Part shown: positions 26,401-34,502 of the stretch, piece after piece
Layout of the letters: every line of letters begins with the position of its first letter
Position numbering within the stretch: position 1 is the first letter of the stretch
Assembly (NCBI GenBank): GCA_964354865.1
Contig: CAYHBN010000002.1
Coordinates: forward strand, 1-48,044
Direction: 5' to 3'
Source of the DNA: an uncultured Candidatus Peribacteria bacterium
GTDB lineage: Bacteria > Patescibacteriota > Gracilibacteria > UBA1369 > UM-FILTER-53-11
DNA: 48,044 nt
Made by a program: the position numbers and the translations under genes
Notes under the pieces: model-generated
The model's input: only the letters and a program-made list of their open reading frames with translations
What the model was told of the DNA's origin: nothing
Databases searched by the model: none

Positions 26401-27226
26401 GACGGGCACTGAGGCAGCAGGGGCGACACCAGCGCCTTTAGCTCCTGCAGCAAAAGCTGATGTTCCTGCTACAGCAGAAGAACCAAAAGTAGACCAAGAA
26501 GCGGTTGAACTCAAAGAGAAAGAAAACAAAATTCACGCAGATTTAGACAAACGGTTCGATGAGTTGCGAGAAAAAATCGTGCCTATTCTAAATGAACAAG
26601 GATTCACAGGAACCGTTTCTGGCTTCGCAATTACAAACGAAGTAAAACCAAAAATTCGATCAACACAGCTCACAAACGGCAATCAGTATATAAAATTCGA
26701 TGCAAGCAAAGATGAGTATGTGGTAGATCTTTTTGAAAAAAATAATTCCTCTGACGATAAGCTTGTGCATTTCTCTCACGGAAAAACCGTAGATGAGATT
26801 ATACAAAAAACAAAAGACATGTTCATTAGAAACACTGAAAGACTTGCAGCGGTAGCTAAAGCACTTGAAAAAGCTCAGATTAAGAAAATAGTCGACGGAA
26901 TTAAGTCGCTGCCAATTCTTAAAGAATATGACGTTGATGTTCCGCAAGACTCAAAAGTCCTCTTTATTGAAACACAGAGAAAATATGGCGCGGTGAAACG
27001 ATTTGCTGTTGAGTTGATGCCGACACAGGGCCCCGATGGCAAAGAGACATATAAAGGATTTGAGACCGACACTCAAAAGCATGAAAGTTATGAAGCGGCA
27101 CTAAAATTCAAAAAAGGGGAAATAGAAACTGGAATTTCACATGCAGAACTTATCGCAAAATTGCTCAAAAGAGAACCCGCAGAAGCAGCTGGCGATAGCC
27201 TCGAAGAATCCCCACAAGCAGAGTAG
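23468..27226 (+). CDS. Giant (1252 aa) acidic, repeat-containing protein of unknown function
   Basis: Single uninterrupted ORF. It has poly-E and Ala/Pro-rich linkers, and at least two homologous modules of about 115 aa (around nt 25560-25910 and 26500-26850). No signal peptide or TM segment seen. Confidence 0.7.
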   Translation: MAPQPPEAPQCDTESAAEKTQARSKLEELRRIVDDDSVVIENITASRTFTDDEKSIPPTDGTTMEQRIAKIAANEIAAKCTSLLPANKLKFISIVESRINRFFICNKAGEDDIYSGITVKEGKLIIEFEDLDGTPTTEAEMDILPPAGPKKPPEEEEEEEEAPKKKPKENTEKLNEVGQRIHFGLSQYERDDGKKVSGDGATALGSVDATEFKRAKETKRKKHYKKWCVDTINGASELIQLRSAHRLGTELEQHVDRLEDAIKSIATINTSGNIQANFNAFEENPTNNFGRSAFSDDELLAADGAYNVITAYLRAAKNLGGNMSYDPGLKFEIRIGKGRYSRADRYAVAMGTGAAYDGEQEPEENEPVEANKGIKNPERKKVINEEEPVQQKTQEKQGSTRPESDEDLPGHIEQRQPEQVRPVHQQSPESAQEDIPEAYRKTGGHEADPNPLNAPRTKKTHANDDRDLPAPRENDVAEPNAAPPNDQKLAAENAAQSLEAGATAGAVAGTVAEAATNNQKRPISDDKDSLPAPTGDDEVAETAVPHATPADDAKADASTPETREIQKNEELIRNTFNNKGLTLRKITYKRTTSNDAPFSFLEGTSSNGKKIAISLKKAEGQNGKYSAAEITPLKENSTGEPLYTWGNNMDADSYEGTGGLFEKIIQWKELNSQKAAPTPANEVPNAAPASAAPEADQNALTLEAKKAEVHKRLDERYNALCALIIPFLKKNGFSGGGEPTVHLASDSTDKDYIITNSFAKGDVYIRLFARDTDYIVAAYKDGKVLAYPNSASLTGNDGIEVKTKEMMSKLGLLEPAAAAPIMPASAPASAGEAPSVPAAPKQEAETENIETAYAKALAAALEPFKGKKINVENNPLEFEFPYKEGNEIKKVPCKIKGSEFIVNGISYDVIGSAGGTTRPLTDIEVKGTDIKNSTMVYSNGSGIGLLNSELVDILNALRAGKESYTQDLDYVSFSFRKKTGTEAAGATPAPLAPAAKADVPATAEEPKVDQEAVELKEKENKIHADLDKRFDELREKIVPILNEQGFTGTVSGFAITNEVKPKIRSTQLTNGNQYIKFDASKDEYVVDLFEKNNSSDDKLVHFSHGKTVDEIIQKTKDMFIRNTERLAAVAKALEKAQIKKIVDGIKSLPILKEYDVDVPQDSKVLFIETQRKYGAVKRFAVELMPTQGPDGKETYKGFETDTQKHESYEAALKFKKGEIETGISHAELIAKLLKREPAEAAGDSLEESPQAE

Positions 27227-27237
27227 CCAGAATAAGC

Positions 27238-28692
27238 TTATTCAACCGGCCGCATGAGCGGGTACAAAATGACCTCTTTGATTGACCAGGTATTAGTGAA
27301 AAACATGGTTAATCGATCGATGCCGATTCCGATTCCGCCGATTGGGGGCATGCCGTATTCCATCGCTTCGATAAAGTCTTCATCAACTTTTTGCGCCTCT
27401 TCGCGATCTTTGCGAACGGCCTTGGTGTCGCCCTCAAAACGCTCGCGCTGAACTTTGGGATCGGTAAGCTCGCTCCATCCATCGCAGATTTCTTTGCCGC
27501 CAATATAGCCCTCGAAACGCTCAACCCAGCCCGGCTTTGTCGGGTGTGGTTTTGAAAGGGGACTGACGTCTTCGGGATAGTCGATAATCCATGTTGGTTC
27601 AACTAAAAATGGCGTAACGCGGTGATCAAAAATACTAAAGATTAACTGGCCCTTCGTTTCACCGCCGAGCACTTCGATTTTTTCTTTCTTAGCGTATGCC
27701 AAAAGTTCTTCGTGACTCATTTCATTTACATCGATATTCAATTTTTCTTTAAGGATGTCTGTCATCGTAATGCGGGGCCATTTTTCGCCAACGTTAATCG
27801 TATTTTCGTGCACATGCATTTCGTGTTTACCAAAGAGTAGGTGCGCAAGGTGCTTAAAGAGTCCCTCTGTAACGTCCATAACGCGGTGATAATCGGCATA
27901 TGCTTCGTAATATTCAATCATCGTAAACTCGGGATTGTGCGTCAAATCAACTCCTTCGTTTCTAAAATCCTTACAAATTTCATACACACGATCGTAGCCA
28001 CCAACCACCAATCTCTTCAAATATAATTCATCGGCGATACGCAAAAACATCGGGATATCGAGCGCGTTCAAGTGCGTCTTAAATGGCTTTGCATTAGCTC
28101 CTCCGTACTGCACTTGCAGTGTCGGCGTTTCAACTTCGAAGAATCCTAAATTATCTAAATACGAGCGAACACCACTAATTAATTTTGTGCGCATGTTAAA
28201 ACGTTTGCGAACTTCTTCGTTCATCAGAAGATCGAGATATCGCTTTCTGTAGCGCTCTTCGGTATCTGATAAACCGTACCAATCGCTTGGTAGCGGACGC
28301 ATAGATTTTCCGAGCAACTGAATTTCGTCAACATCGACGCTCACTTCACCTGTCTTTGTCGTTACAATTGTTCCCTTTACTGCAACGTGATCGCCAACAT
28401 CTAAAAGCTGCACAAGTGAGAAAAGTTCAACGAGTTTATTCTTCTGCATCCACAACTGAATGCGCCCGGTTGAATCTCCTAAATCGGCAAATAATAAACC
28501 ACCGTGGCCACGAAGCGACATTAAACGACCAGGCACCACGAACACTTTTCCCATGCCCTCACGCGCATCATGTACAGAAACGCGATCGCCCTCGAGTGCG
28601 ATTTTTGATGGATACGGATTAACACCAAGAGCACGAATTTTTTCTAATTTTGAGACGCGATCATCTTTAATTTGATCTAAACGAGTTGCCAT
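27238..28692 (-). CDS. lysS: Lysyl-tRNA synthetase, class II
   Basis: N-terminal OB fold. Class II motifs (FFEVETPTLQ, GGANAKPF, EFTMIEYYEAYADY, GIGIGIDRL). TATAAT (28707-28702) lies 9 nt upstream of the ATG. Confidence 0.95.
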   Translation of the reverse strand: MATRLDQIKDDRVSKLEKIRALGVNPYPSKIALEGDRVSVHDAREGMGKVFVVPGRLMSLRGHGGLLFADLGDSTGRIQLWMQKNKLVELFSLVQLLDVGDHVAVKGTIVTTKTGEVSVDVDEIQLLGKSMRPLPSDWYGLSDTEERYRKRYLDLLMNEEVRKRFNMRTKLISGVRSYLDNLGFFEVETPTLQVQYGGANAKPFKTHLNALDIPMFLRIADELYLKRLVVGGYDRVYEICKDFRNEGVDLTHNPEFTMIEYYEAYADYHRVMDVTEGLFKHLAHLLFGKHEMHVHENTINVGEKWPRITMTDILKEKLNIDVNEMSHEELLAYAKKEKIEVLGGETKGQLIFSIFDHRVTPFLVEPTWIIDYPEDVSPLSKPHPTKPGWVERFEGYIGGKEICDGWSELTDPKVQRERFEGDTKAVRKDREEAQKVDEDFIEAMEYGMPPIGGIGIGIDRLTMFFTNTWSIKEVILYPLMRPVE

Positions 28693-28773
28693 AGTGGCAG
28701 GATTATAGCAGAGGAAAGGGATTTTGAAAGTGCGAGTAGACTCACAAACATTGTTTTAGTAAAATAGTCACTT

Positions 28774-29655
28774 ATGCTTAGGATCAATTCTTCATTCGAT
28801 CAGGAATCAACCCCACTCCTTTCAGTACAAGGAAACACCCTGCTTGAACACCGGTACCCACAAGGCTTTGGCATTCGCCTCGTCAATCGAATGAATGAAA
28901 AGGGCTTAATCTCAGACCTATTCGCTTCGCCCGAAATAACATTAGAACTTCATGCCTTATTAAAAAACTATGGCTGCGTAGTAATCGACGACGTAAACGA
29001 CCATGGATTAGAGCCACTTTCATGTAATGTATTTCATAACGTGAATGCTGATGACCCTGTGAGCGATATGTGGCATCAAGATAATTCGGTTGACGATCAA
29101 CTAGCTACAAACATATTGAGTGGAAGTAAAAATGCCGATGAATATATTGCACATATTAAAAACTTAGACTTTTCCATTGTGCTTTATTGTCCTGATCAAA
29201 ACCCGTCACGATCCATACCTACACTTATAGCGGATAGAAAGCTTGTGTCGCAAACCCTCTTAATGTGTGTACAAAATACGGCCAGCAACATAAGATTACT
29301 CTCAATATGCAGCAAAATTTCTGATGCAGTGAAAAAAACAACTCAACACCGCACGGATGAACTTGCCGAAGTATTTGAAAGATATGGAATTGGCCCAGAT
29401 GAAGCAGCGGAAATGTTTACTCTAAACGCACTAAGCCGCGAGGATACACCACCGAATATTCGCGCCTTTCACCGTTATATCGAAGAACAAGTTTCAGGTG
29501 TTTTGAGAATTGGATGGAAACCCAATCGTGCAGTAATTATAAATAACGTAACTGTTGCTCATAAGCGCTCAACTGTTAACCCAAGGTTAACAAATGAACA
29601 AGGCCCATTGAGCAATTATAGAATATTCAATTCTTACACGCATGACAGCGAATAG
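28774..29655 (+). CDS. Possible Fe(II)/2-oxoglutarate dioxygenase (TauD/TfdA-like)
   Basis: WHQDNS (an HxD facial-triad-like motif) and a distal AVIINNVTVAHKRS, resembling the WDNR..HRA segment of TauD. Otherwise unrecognised. Confidence 0.35.
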   Translation: MLRINSSFDQESTPLLSVQGNTLLEHRYPQGFGIRLVNRMNEKGLISDLFASPEITLELHALLKNYGCVVIDDVNDHGLEPLSCNVFHNVNADDPVSDMWHQDNSVDDQLATNILSGSKNADEYIAHIKNLDFSIVLYCPDQNPSRSIPTLIADRKLVSQTLLMCVQNTASNIRLLSICSKISDAVKKTTQHRTDELAEVFERYGIGPDEAAEMFTLNALSREDTPPNIRAFHRYIEEQVSGVLRIGWKPNRAVIINNVTVAHKRSTVNPRLTNEQGPLSNYRIFNSYTHDSE

Positions 29656-30068
29656 TCATGAATGAGAGATGTTTTTGATTTCCATCTTTGAACAGTACTT
29701 GGCGAAATACCAAGTGACCGAGCTATAACGCGAACGCTTAATCCCTGCTGTAGAAGTAGTAATCCTGCGCGAAGCGTTTGTGCGGTTGCATGAAGTCGGT
29801 ATGTGACGTCGTTACGATGTGCGACCCACGTTTTATTGCACGATTTACACATAAAGCGCTGGTACTGGCGCGCATGTACCGTCACATTTCCTGCGCATAA
29901 TTTACCAAAATGGTAGCAGTTAGTATTTGGGCATGACTGATTACGTACCGAGAAGGTAAGTACCGCTCCACCCACTTCGTAGGTACCCGGCAAAGCAGTA
30001 CTTCGTACCGCGCCATTTTGTGACTGGAACTGTTCGAAGCTTTGTGCGGAGTTGAGTTGAGTTTGCAT
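29634..30068 (-). CDS. IS1 InsA-like zinc-ribbon plus HTH protein; no InsB/transposase partner present
   Basis: CPNTNCYHFGK...QRFMCKSCNKTW (compare InsA CPSC...QRYLCSHCRKTW), followed by the HTH LSVRVIARSLGISPSTVQRW. Start set at ATG 30068. Confidence 0.45.
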   Translation of the reverse strand: MQTQLNSAQSFEQFQSQNGAVRSTALPGTYEVGGAVLTFSVRNQSCPNTNCYHFGKLCAGNVTVHARQYQRFMCKSCNKTWVAHRNDVTYRLHATAQTLRAGLLLLQQGLSVRVIARSLGISPSTVQRWKSKTSLIHDYSLSCV

Positions 30069-30382
30069 GGTAGGTAGAGAGTTAGGTGAGTAGAAGCGAA
30101 GATCCGTGAGGACGAGTGAGGGAATCAGAGAATTAGAGGGAAGGAAAGTTACAAAAAAACACCCTTTTGCGGAGGGCGAGTGATGTGATTGATACTTGTT
30201 ATGAGAAGTTTTAAATTCTCTCAAGTGTCGTACACAAATCGCCCCCCTTCATCTTAATAATGAGGGTCTTAATTGTGACGCAAATGAGAGTTGAAACTTT
30301 CATGTGCACTAAATTTACTACAGCAAAACACCTACAGTCAAGTTGGTGTACTCATCAAGTGTGGGGGCATGGCGTCTACATT

Positions 30383-30982
30383 TTACAATTTCTTAAGCCC
30401 ATTGAAAATCACTCGTTCAAACTTCAAGTAATCTTTCTGCATACCAGCAATACATGCCTTCATATATTCCGCACGAGAAGATTTTGAGTAATCGACAAAA
30501 TCATAACCCACATTGAGCGCAAGTAGATCAATAAAAAGGCGAATAACCCTACCATTACCTTCTCGGAACGGGTGAATAGCATTTAACTCAGCGTGAAAAA
30601 GAGCCAATTTAGCAGCTAAAGATTTTTTAGTATCAGTCGCTGTTGGAAAATTATCTTTAAGCAAAATATCAAAAGCCTTTAGCTCATTTTTAATAAAAGC
30701 ACTCGCGCAGAACATCGAAGTACCTTTTGAAATCTCAACAGTCCGTGCCTTGCCAGCCCAAGTATAAAGAGGATCAAGGAAAAATCCGTGAATATCAAAC
30801 AAAAGTTTTGTGGTGAATTTTAGCTTTCCAGATTTGAGTTTTTCGAGAAAATGCTCATAGGTATCTTGAAGAAGAAGCGTCTCAATATCAGTAAGTAGCT
30901 GATCATCTGAAATATTCTTTTTATTCGACAAAACTACTGTGCCCTCCTTGCCACCCACACTATAACGAGAATGCTCGACCAT
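30383..30982 (-). CDS. fic: Fic-domain protein (class I Fic toxin, FicT/VbhT-like adenylyltransferase)
   Basis: Canonical Fic motif HPFREGNGRVIR. Confidence 0.85.
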   Translation of the reverse strand: MVEHSRYSVGGKEGTVVLSNKKNISDDQLLTDIETLLLQDTYEHFLEKLKSGKLKFTTKLLFDIHGFFLDPLYTWAGKARTVEISKGTSMFCASAFIKNELKAFDILLKDNFPTATDTKKSLAAKLALFHAELNAIHPFREGNGRVIRLFIDLLALNVGYDFVDYSKSSRAEYMKACIAGMQKDYLKFERVIFNGLKKL

Positions 30983-31112
30983 CTTTCTTTAAAATTTTAA
31001 TAGCAGCAACATTTCTCTTGGCACGTAGCAAACTATACCCCTCCAAGCGCGATGAGATAGTGACTACTCTTGCAACAGACATCTTTCCTGTTTTTGAAAT
31101 AGAGGCGTTCAT
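30960..31112 (-). CDS. Fic antitoxin (FicA/VbhA-like) carrying the inhibitory helix motif
   Basis: SSRLEG matches the [S/T]xxxE[G/N] inhibitory motif. The ORF overlaps the fic start by 23 nt. Start proposed at ATG 31112, 7 nt downstream of TGgTATATT. ATG 31082 is an alternative start. Confidence 0.6.
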   Translation of the reverse strand: MNASISKTGKMSVARVVTISSRLEGYSLLRAKRNVAAIKILKKDGRAFSL

Positions 31113-31156
31113 TAAGAAAAATATACCATGTTTACTGGCTTCTGGGGAGTAAAATT

Positions 31157-32515
31157 TCAATCATCTTCCATCGCAGGTTTTCGATTGGTTTCAACATCGT
31201 AAAACTTCATCTTTGCGCGCTCGAACATAAGCTCAATATGACCCGTTGGACCATTTCTGTGTTTGCGAATATACACGTCGGTAATTCCTTTTCGATCGGT
31301 ATCTTCTTCGTAGTAATCTTCACGATAGAGCATAAGCACCACATCGGCGTCTTGCTCAATCGAACCGGACTCACGAAGATCAGATAGCATTGGCACCTTT
31401 GAAGGACGCAACTCAACCGCACGAGACAACTGCGACAATGCAATAATCGGCATGTGCAGCTCACGGGCAAGCGCCTTGAGTGCACGGGTAATTTCGGAAA
31501 TTTCTTGCACACGATTTGTCTGTCCGTAGCCGCTTTTCGATGATGCACTCATAAGCTGGATATAGTCGATAACAAGAGCGTCAAGACCATGCTCAGATTT
31601 AAGACGGCGAGCTTTGGTACGAAGCTCAACGATGTTTGAAACCGGAGAATCATCGATGAAAATTTTTGTCTGATTCAAGTCGTCCATCACACTCCCTATT
31701 CGTGCAAAATCTTCGTCTGACAGTTTGCCCGTGCGCATTTTCCACGAATCGACACCGAGCATCGCACAGAACATACGTTCAACTAATTGTTCCTTACTCA
31801 TTTCAAGTGAAATTAATCCGACTGACTTATCGTGTCGCGCAATATTTTGAGCAATATTTAAGGCAAAGGCGGTTTTCCCCATTGAAGGACGTGCGGCAAT
31901 AATAACCAGATCGCTTGGATTAAAGCCAGAAAGCACGCCATCGAGAGAGCGAAATCCAGTTGGAATTCCGAGGTATTTTTCTTTGGTGTCGGGGTCGTGA
32001 AGATCGGAGATTTTTTCGTAAGTCGTCGCCAAAATATCTTTAATGTGAACGAATCTATCGCGTACGAATGTTTGGGAAATGTTGAATAGTGACTTTTCTG
32101 CTTCTTCAAGGAGTTCGTTAATTTCGCGTGCTTCTTCGTAACCGAGAGCCATGATTTTATCACCCGCAGAGATAACGCGGCGCAGTGTCGACTTTGTTTT
32201 TACAATAGATGCGTACTGAATTACGTGAGAGGCGGTTGGAACATCGATGGTTAACTCGGCTAAATAAGCGGTTCCACCAACTTCTTCGAGTTTGCCATGA
32301 TCTTCAAGCAGATTTGAAAGGATTTTGAGATCGATTGGCAGATGGCGGGCGAAACAGTCGAGCATCGCCTGAAAAATGATCTCGTGTTTGCCAAAGTAGA
32401 AGTCCTCGGGGTGCAAGAAATCGGCGACCTTAATAATGGCATCTTTGTCTATAATCAAGGCGCCAAGGGTAGCTTTTTCTGCTTCTTCGGAATGTGGGGG
32501 AATTTTGAGGGACAT
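31157..32515 (-). CDS. dnaB: Replicative DNA helicase DnaB
   Basis: N-terminal PPHSEEAEKATLGALI, Walker A ARPSMGKTAF, Walker B LVIDYIQLM, and the SQLSR arginine-finger region. Confidence 0.95.
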   Translation of the reverse strand: MSLKIPPHSEEAEKATLGALIIDKDAIIKVADFLHPEDFYFGKHEIIFQAMLDCFARHLPIDLKILSNLLEDHGKLEEVGGTAYLAELTIDVPTASHVIQYASIVKTKSTLRRVISAGDKIMALGYEEAREINELLEEAEKSLFNISQTFVRDRFVHIKDILATTYEKISDLHDPDTKEKYLGIPTGFRSLDGVLSGFNPSDLVIIAARPSMGKTAFALNIAQNIARHDKSVGLISLEMSKEQLVERMFCAMLGVDSWKMRTGKLSDEDFARIGSVMDDLNQTKIFIDDSPVSNIVELRTKARRLKSEHGLDALVIDYIQLMSASSKSGYGQTNRVQEISEITRALKALARELHMPIIALSQLSRAVELRPSKVPMLSDLRESGSIEQDADVVLMLYREDYYEEDTDRKGITDVYIRKHRNGPTGHIELMFERAKMKFYDVETNRKPAMEDD

Positions 32516-32921
32516 GGGTACGAGCGGTAGGAATTCATCATAATGAAATATATATGAACTGAAAGTGAAATCGCTTGCGGGATTTGCACGAAGTGAGTGG
32601 GGATAGTTGAAAAGGGGTGTAAAACGTTAGTTTATTGTACGTGCTCGATAGCGGTAAATTTAGGTTTCCAGTTCGGATTCTCGAAATAGGGCTTTGTGCG
32701 AGCGCGACACTGTCTCTTGTAAATAGATCCCTGAAACTTGCTACGCGGATACATGATCCGCTCCGCAATGTCTCGGGGTACATGACCCCTCGACACAGGG
32801 ATCACTATTTACTTCGAGCCATGTCCCACTCACACAAAACAGCTCATTTTTCGCGAACCCGCCTGTGCCCGAGAATTTCCCAAAACAAAACTACCGCCCA
32901 AAAAACTATTTCCCAACATAT

Positions 32922-33389
32922 TCACTTCATCTCAACTCTCTGTTTGCTCATGTATGTTTTAAATCCGTATTTTGCCCAGACTTTTTGACCGACTTCGTTT
33001 TTAACGTGAACGGTTAACTCAACACAGGGAACTTTTTTAGTCTTAAACCAATCAAAAAGTTTCGAGATAAATAATTGCGCTACTCCTTTTTCTCTCCATG
33101 TTTTTTCGACATATATATCGCTGATTAATCCATTTTTCTTAATCGCAAATACAGGGGCGCGGCCACATATTTCTCCGGCTGCAAATCCTATAATTTCGCC
33201 AACATCTACTGCAACCAGTAAGAGTTTTGACGAAGACCCGATATACGATTTGAAACATTTAAAATAAACATCTTTTACATTTTTTGCAGGTTCGTAATAT
33301 GGATCAAAGTCGGCGTGGAGATTGATAAGCTCAACTGCAAATTTGGTAATGAATGGAAGGTCGGCAATTGTGGCTTTTCTGATTAACAT
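32922..33389 (-). CDS. GNAT-family N-acetyltransferase
   Basis: 155 aa. VAVDVGEIIGFAAG...IYVEKTWREKGVAQLF (acetyl-CoA-binding Q/RxxGxG/A-like motif) and ...AKYGF. Start set at ATG 33389. Confidence 0.75.
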   Translation of the reverse strand: MLIRKATIADLPFITKFAVELINLHADFDPYYEPAKNVKDVYFKCFKSYIGSSSKLLLVAVDVGEIIGFAAGEICGRAPVFAIKKNGLISDIYVEKTWREKGVAQLFISKLFDWFKTKKVPCVELTVHVKNEVGQKVWAKYGFKTYMSKQRVEMK

Positions 33390-33399
33390 ATGATCAATA

Positions 33400-33813
33400 T
33401 TAACAGAATCTCTTGTACTCAGGAAAATTAGCCTTAATGTGTTCAAATATCCACTGTGTTTCTGATTGTTTTTTACTGCGGTGATCTTTGCCGTACACCA
33501 GCAAAATGACAATTTTTCCCGTGGCGTTGTTGAGTGAAAAAACCGCCCGATTACCAGATGATTTTGGGGAGACATTTGTACCTGCAACTCTAAAATCGAG
33601 CTTAAAAAATCCAACACCGTCGTCTTGGAAAAACTTCAACGGATCTATGAGATTTGTATCTTGAAAGCCGTAAGCGCGCGCTAACGTTTCAGTGATTGTT
33701 TTCGTAGTTTCAATCCACTGTTTTGGCTTATATTTTCGTAAAAAATCTTTGCAAAAATGCCGCTCGCAGTAGGTTGAGAACTCGACTTCGTATGCAATAT
33801 CTTTAATAAACAT
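33400..33813 (-). CDS. RelE/ParE-superfamily-like toxin (partner of the Panacea-domain antitoxin)
   Basis: 137 aa. FKLDFRVAGTNVSPKSSGNRAVFSL...KIVILLVYGKDH resembles RelE-fold toxins. Its start overlaps the upstream gene by 11 nt. Confidence 0.5.
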   Translation of the reverse strand: MFIKDIAYEVEFSTYCERHFCKDFLRKYKPKQWIETTKTITETLARAYGFQDTNLIDPLKFFQDDGVGFFKLDFRVAGTNVSPKSSGNRAVFSLNNATGKIVILLVYGKDHRSKKQSETQWIFEHIKANFPEYKRFC

Positions 33814-34495
33814 TTTCTGGTGCCTCGTTATTAATAAGCGAGTAGGGAATAACTTCACGCTCCCTGCAAACTTTCCATGGGATCTGTTTATGCGTAAAGT
33901 CGACAATCTCTTGAGTGTTTGCGTTTTTCCATTTTTTACAAATCTCTTTCACGAGCGCGAGCTCTTCGGTATTGAGCACCGAATCATTGGGCTGCTCGAC
34001 AAGAGTCACCAATATCGCATCGCCACTTTGCTCTGACTTGAGCGATTCGTCGTTGTCGATAATGTCGAAAAATTCGATTGCAACAGGACCACGCGCAAGC
34101 CGGTGGTATTCAAAGCCAGAAATCGGCGTGAGCGTTTTGTAGTAGCTCGCAAAATCACAGAGGTAGACGAGTTTTGCTAACTTCGTTTTGGTGATTTTTC
34201 CGTCATCTGCAGCGCCATATTTGATACACTGCAAAATGAGATTATGAAATTTTTGTAAGGATTTTTCGCCAAAATTCTGTGACTTAATTTTCTTCGGCAA
34301 GCTCATTTCTGCATCGAGAATAATCTCGAGAGGGAGGTCAAAAATCTCAGAAATTTTCGTGAGCTCACTAAGCGTTATTTCTCGGTCGCCTTTTTCGATC
34401 AATACAAGAGTGGGGCGCGAAACACCAAGCTTTTGAGCAAGCTGTTGCTGCGTAATCCCCGCCGATTTTCGCAGTTTTACGATGAAGTCCTTCAT
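33803..34495 (-). CDS. XRE-family HTH fused to a DUF4065 (Panacea/SocA-like) antitoxin domain
   Basis: N-terminal LRKSAGITQQQLAQKLGVSRPTLVLIEKGDREITL. C-terminal KTKLAKLVYLCDFASYY...GPVAIEF is typical of DUF4065. Confidence 0.6.
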   Translation of the reverse strand: MKDFIVKLRKSAGITQQQLAQKLGVSRPTLVLIEKGDREITLSELTKISEIFDLPLEIILDAEMSLPKKIKSQNFGEKSLQKFHNLILQCIKYGAADDGKITKTKLAKLVYLCDFASYYKTLTPISGFEYHRLARGPVAIEFFDIIDNDESLKSEQSGDAILVTLVEQPNDSVLNTEELALVKEICKKWKNANTQEIVDFTHKQIPWKVCREREVIPYSLINNEAPENVY

Positions 34496-34502
34496 GCAAA
34501 AA

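Noticed and set aside
27229-27242. 14-nt perfect palindrome GAATAAGCTTATTC between the convergent giant gene and lysS
   Set aside because: It is AT-rich, has no loop, overlaps the lysS stop codon, and has no flanking T-run. It is not convincing as a terminator.
29634-30224. ORF-track N-terminal extensions (29634-30224, 15095, 16526, 41565, 33617, 33906, 34531, 35535, 3777, 8569)
   Set aside because: In each case the extension crosses a promoter, repeat or terminator, or lacks similarity to the protein family. An internal ATG with a -10 box 6-9 nt upstream fits better, so the starts were moved accordingly.
32538-32988. ORFs 32538-32783 (-) and 32635-32988 (+)
   Set aside because: They are mutually overlapping, lack start signals, have Arg/Ser/Cys-rich products typical of GC-rich stem regions, and one overlaps the GNAT 3' end. 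The region is treated as non-coding and structured.
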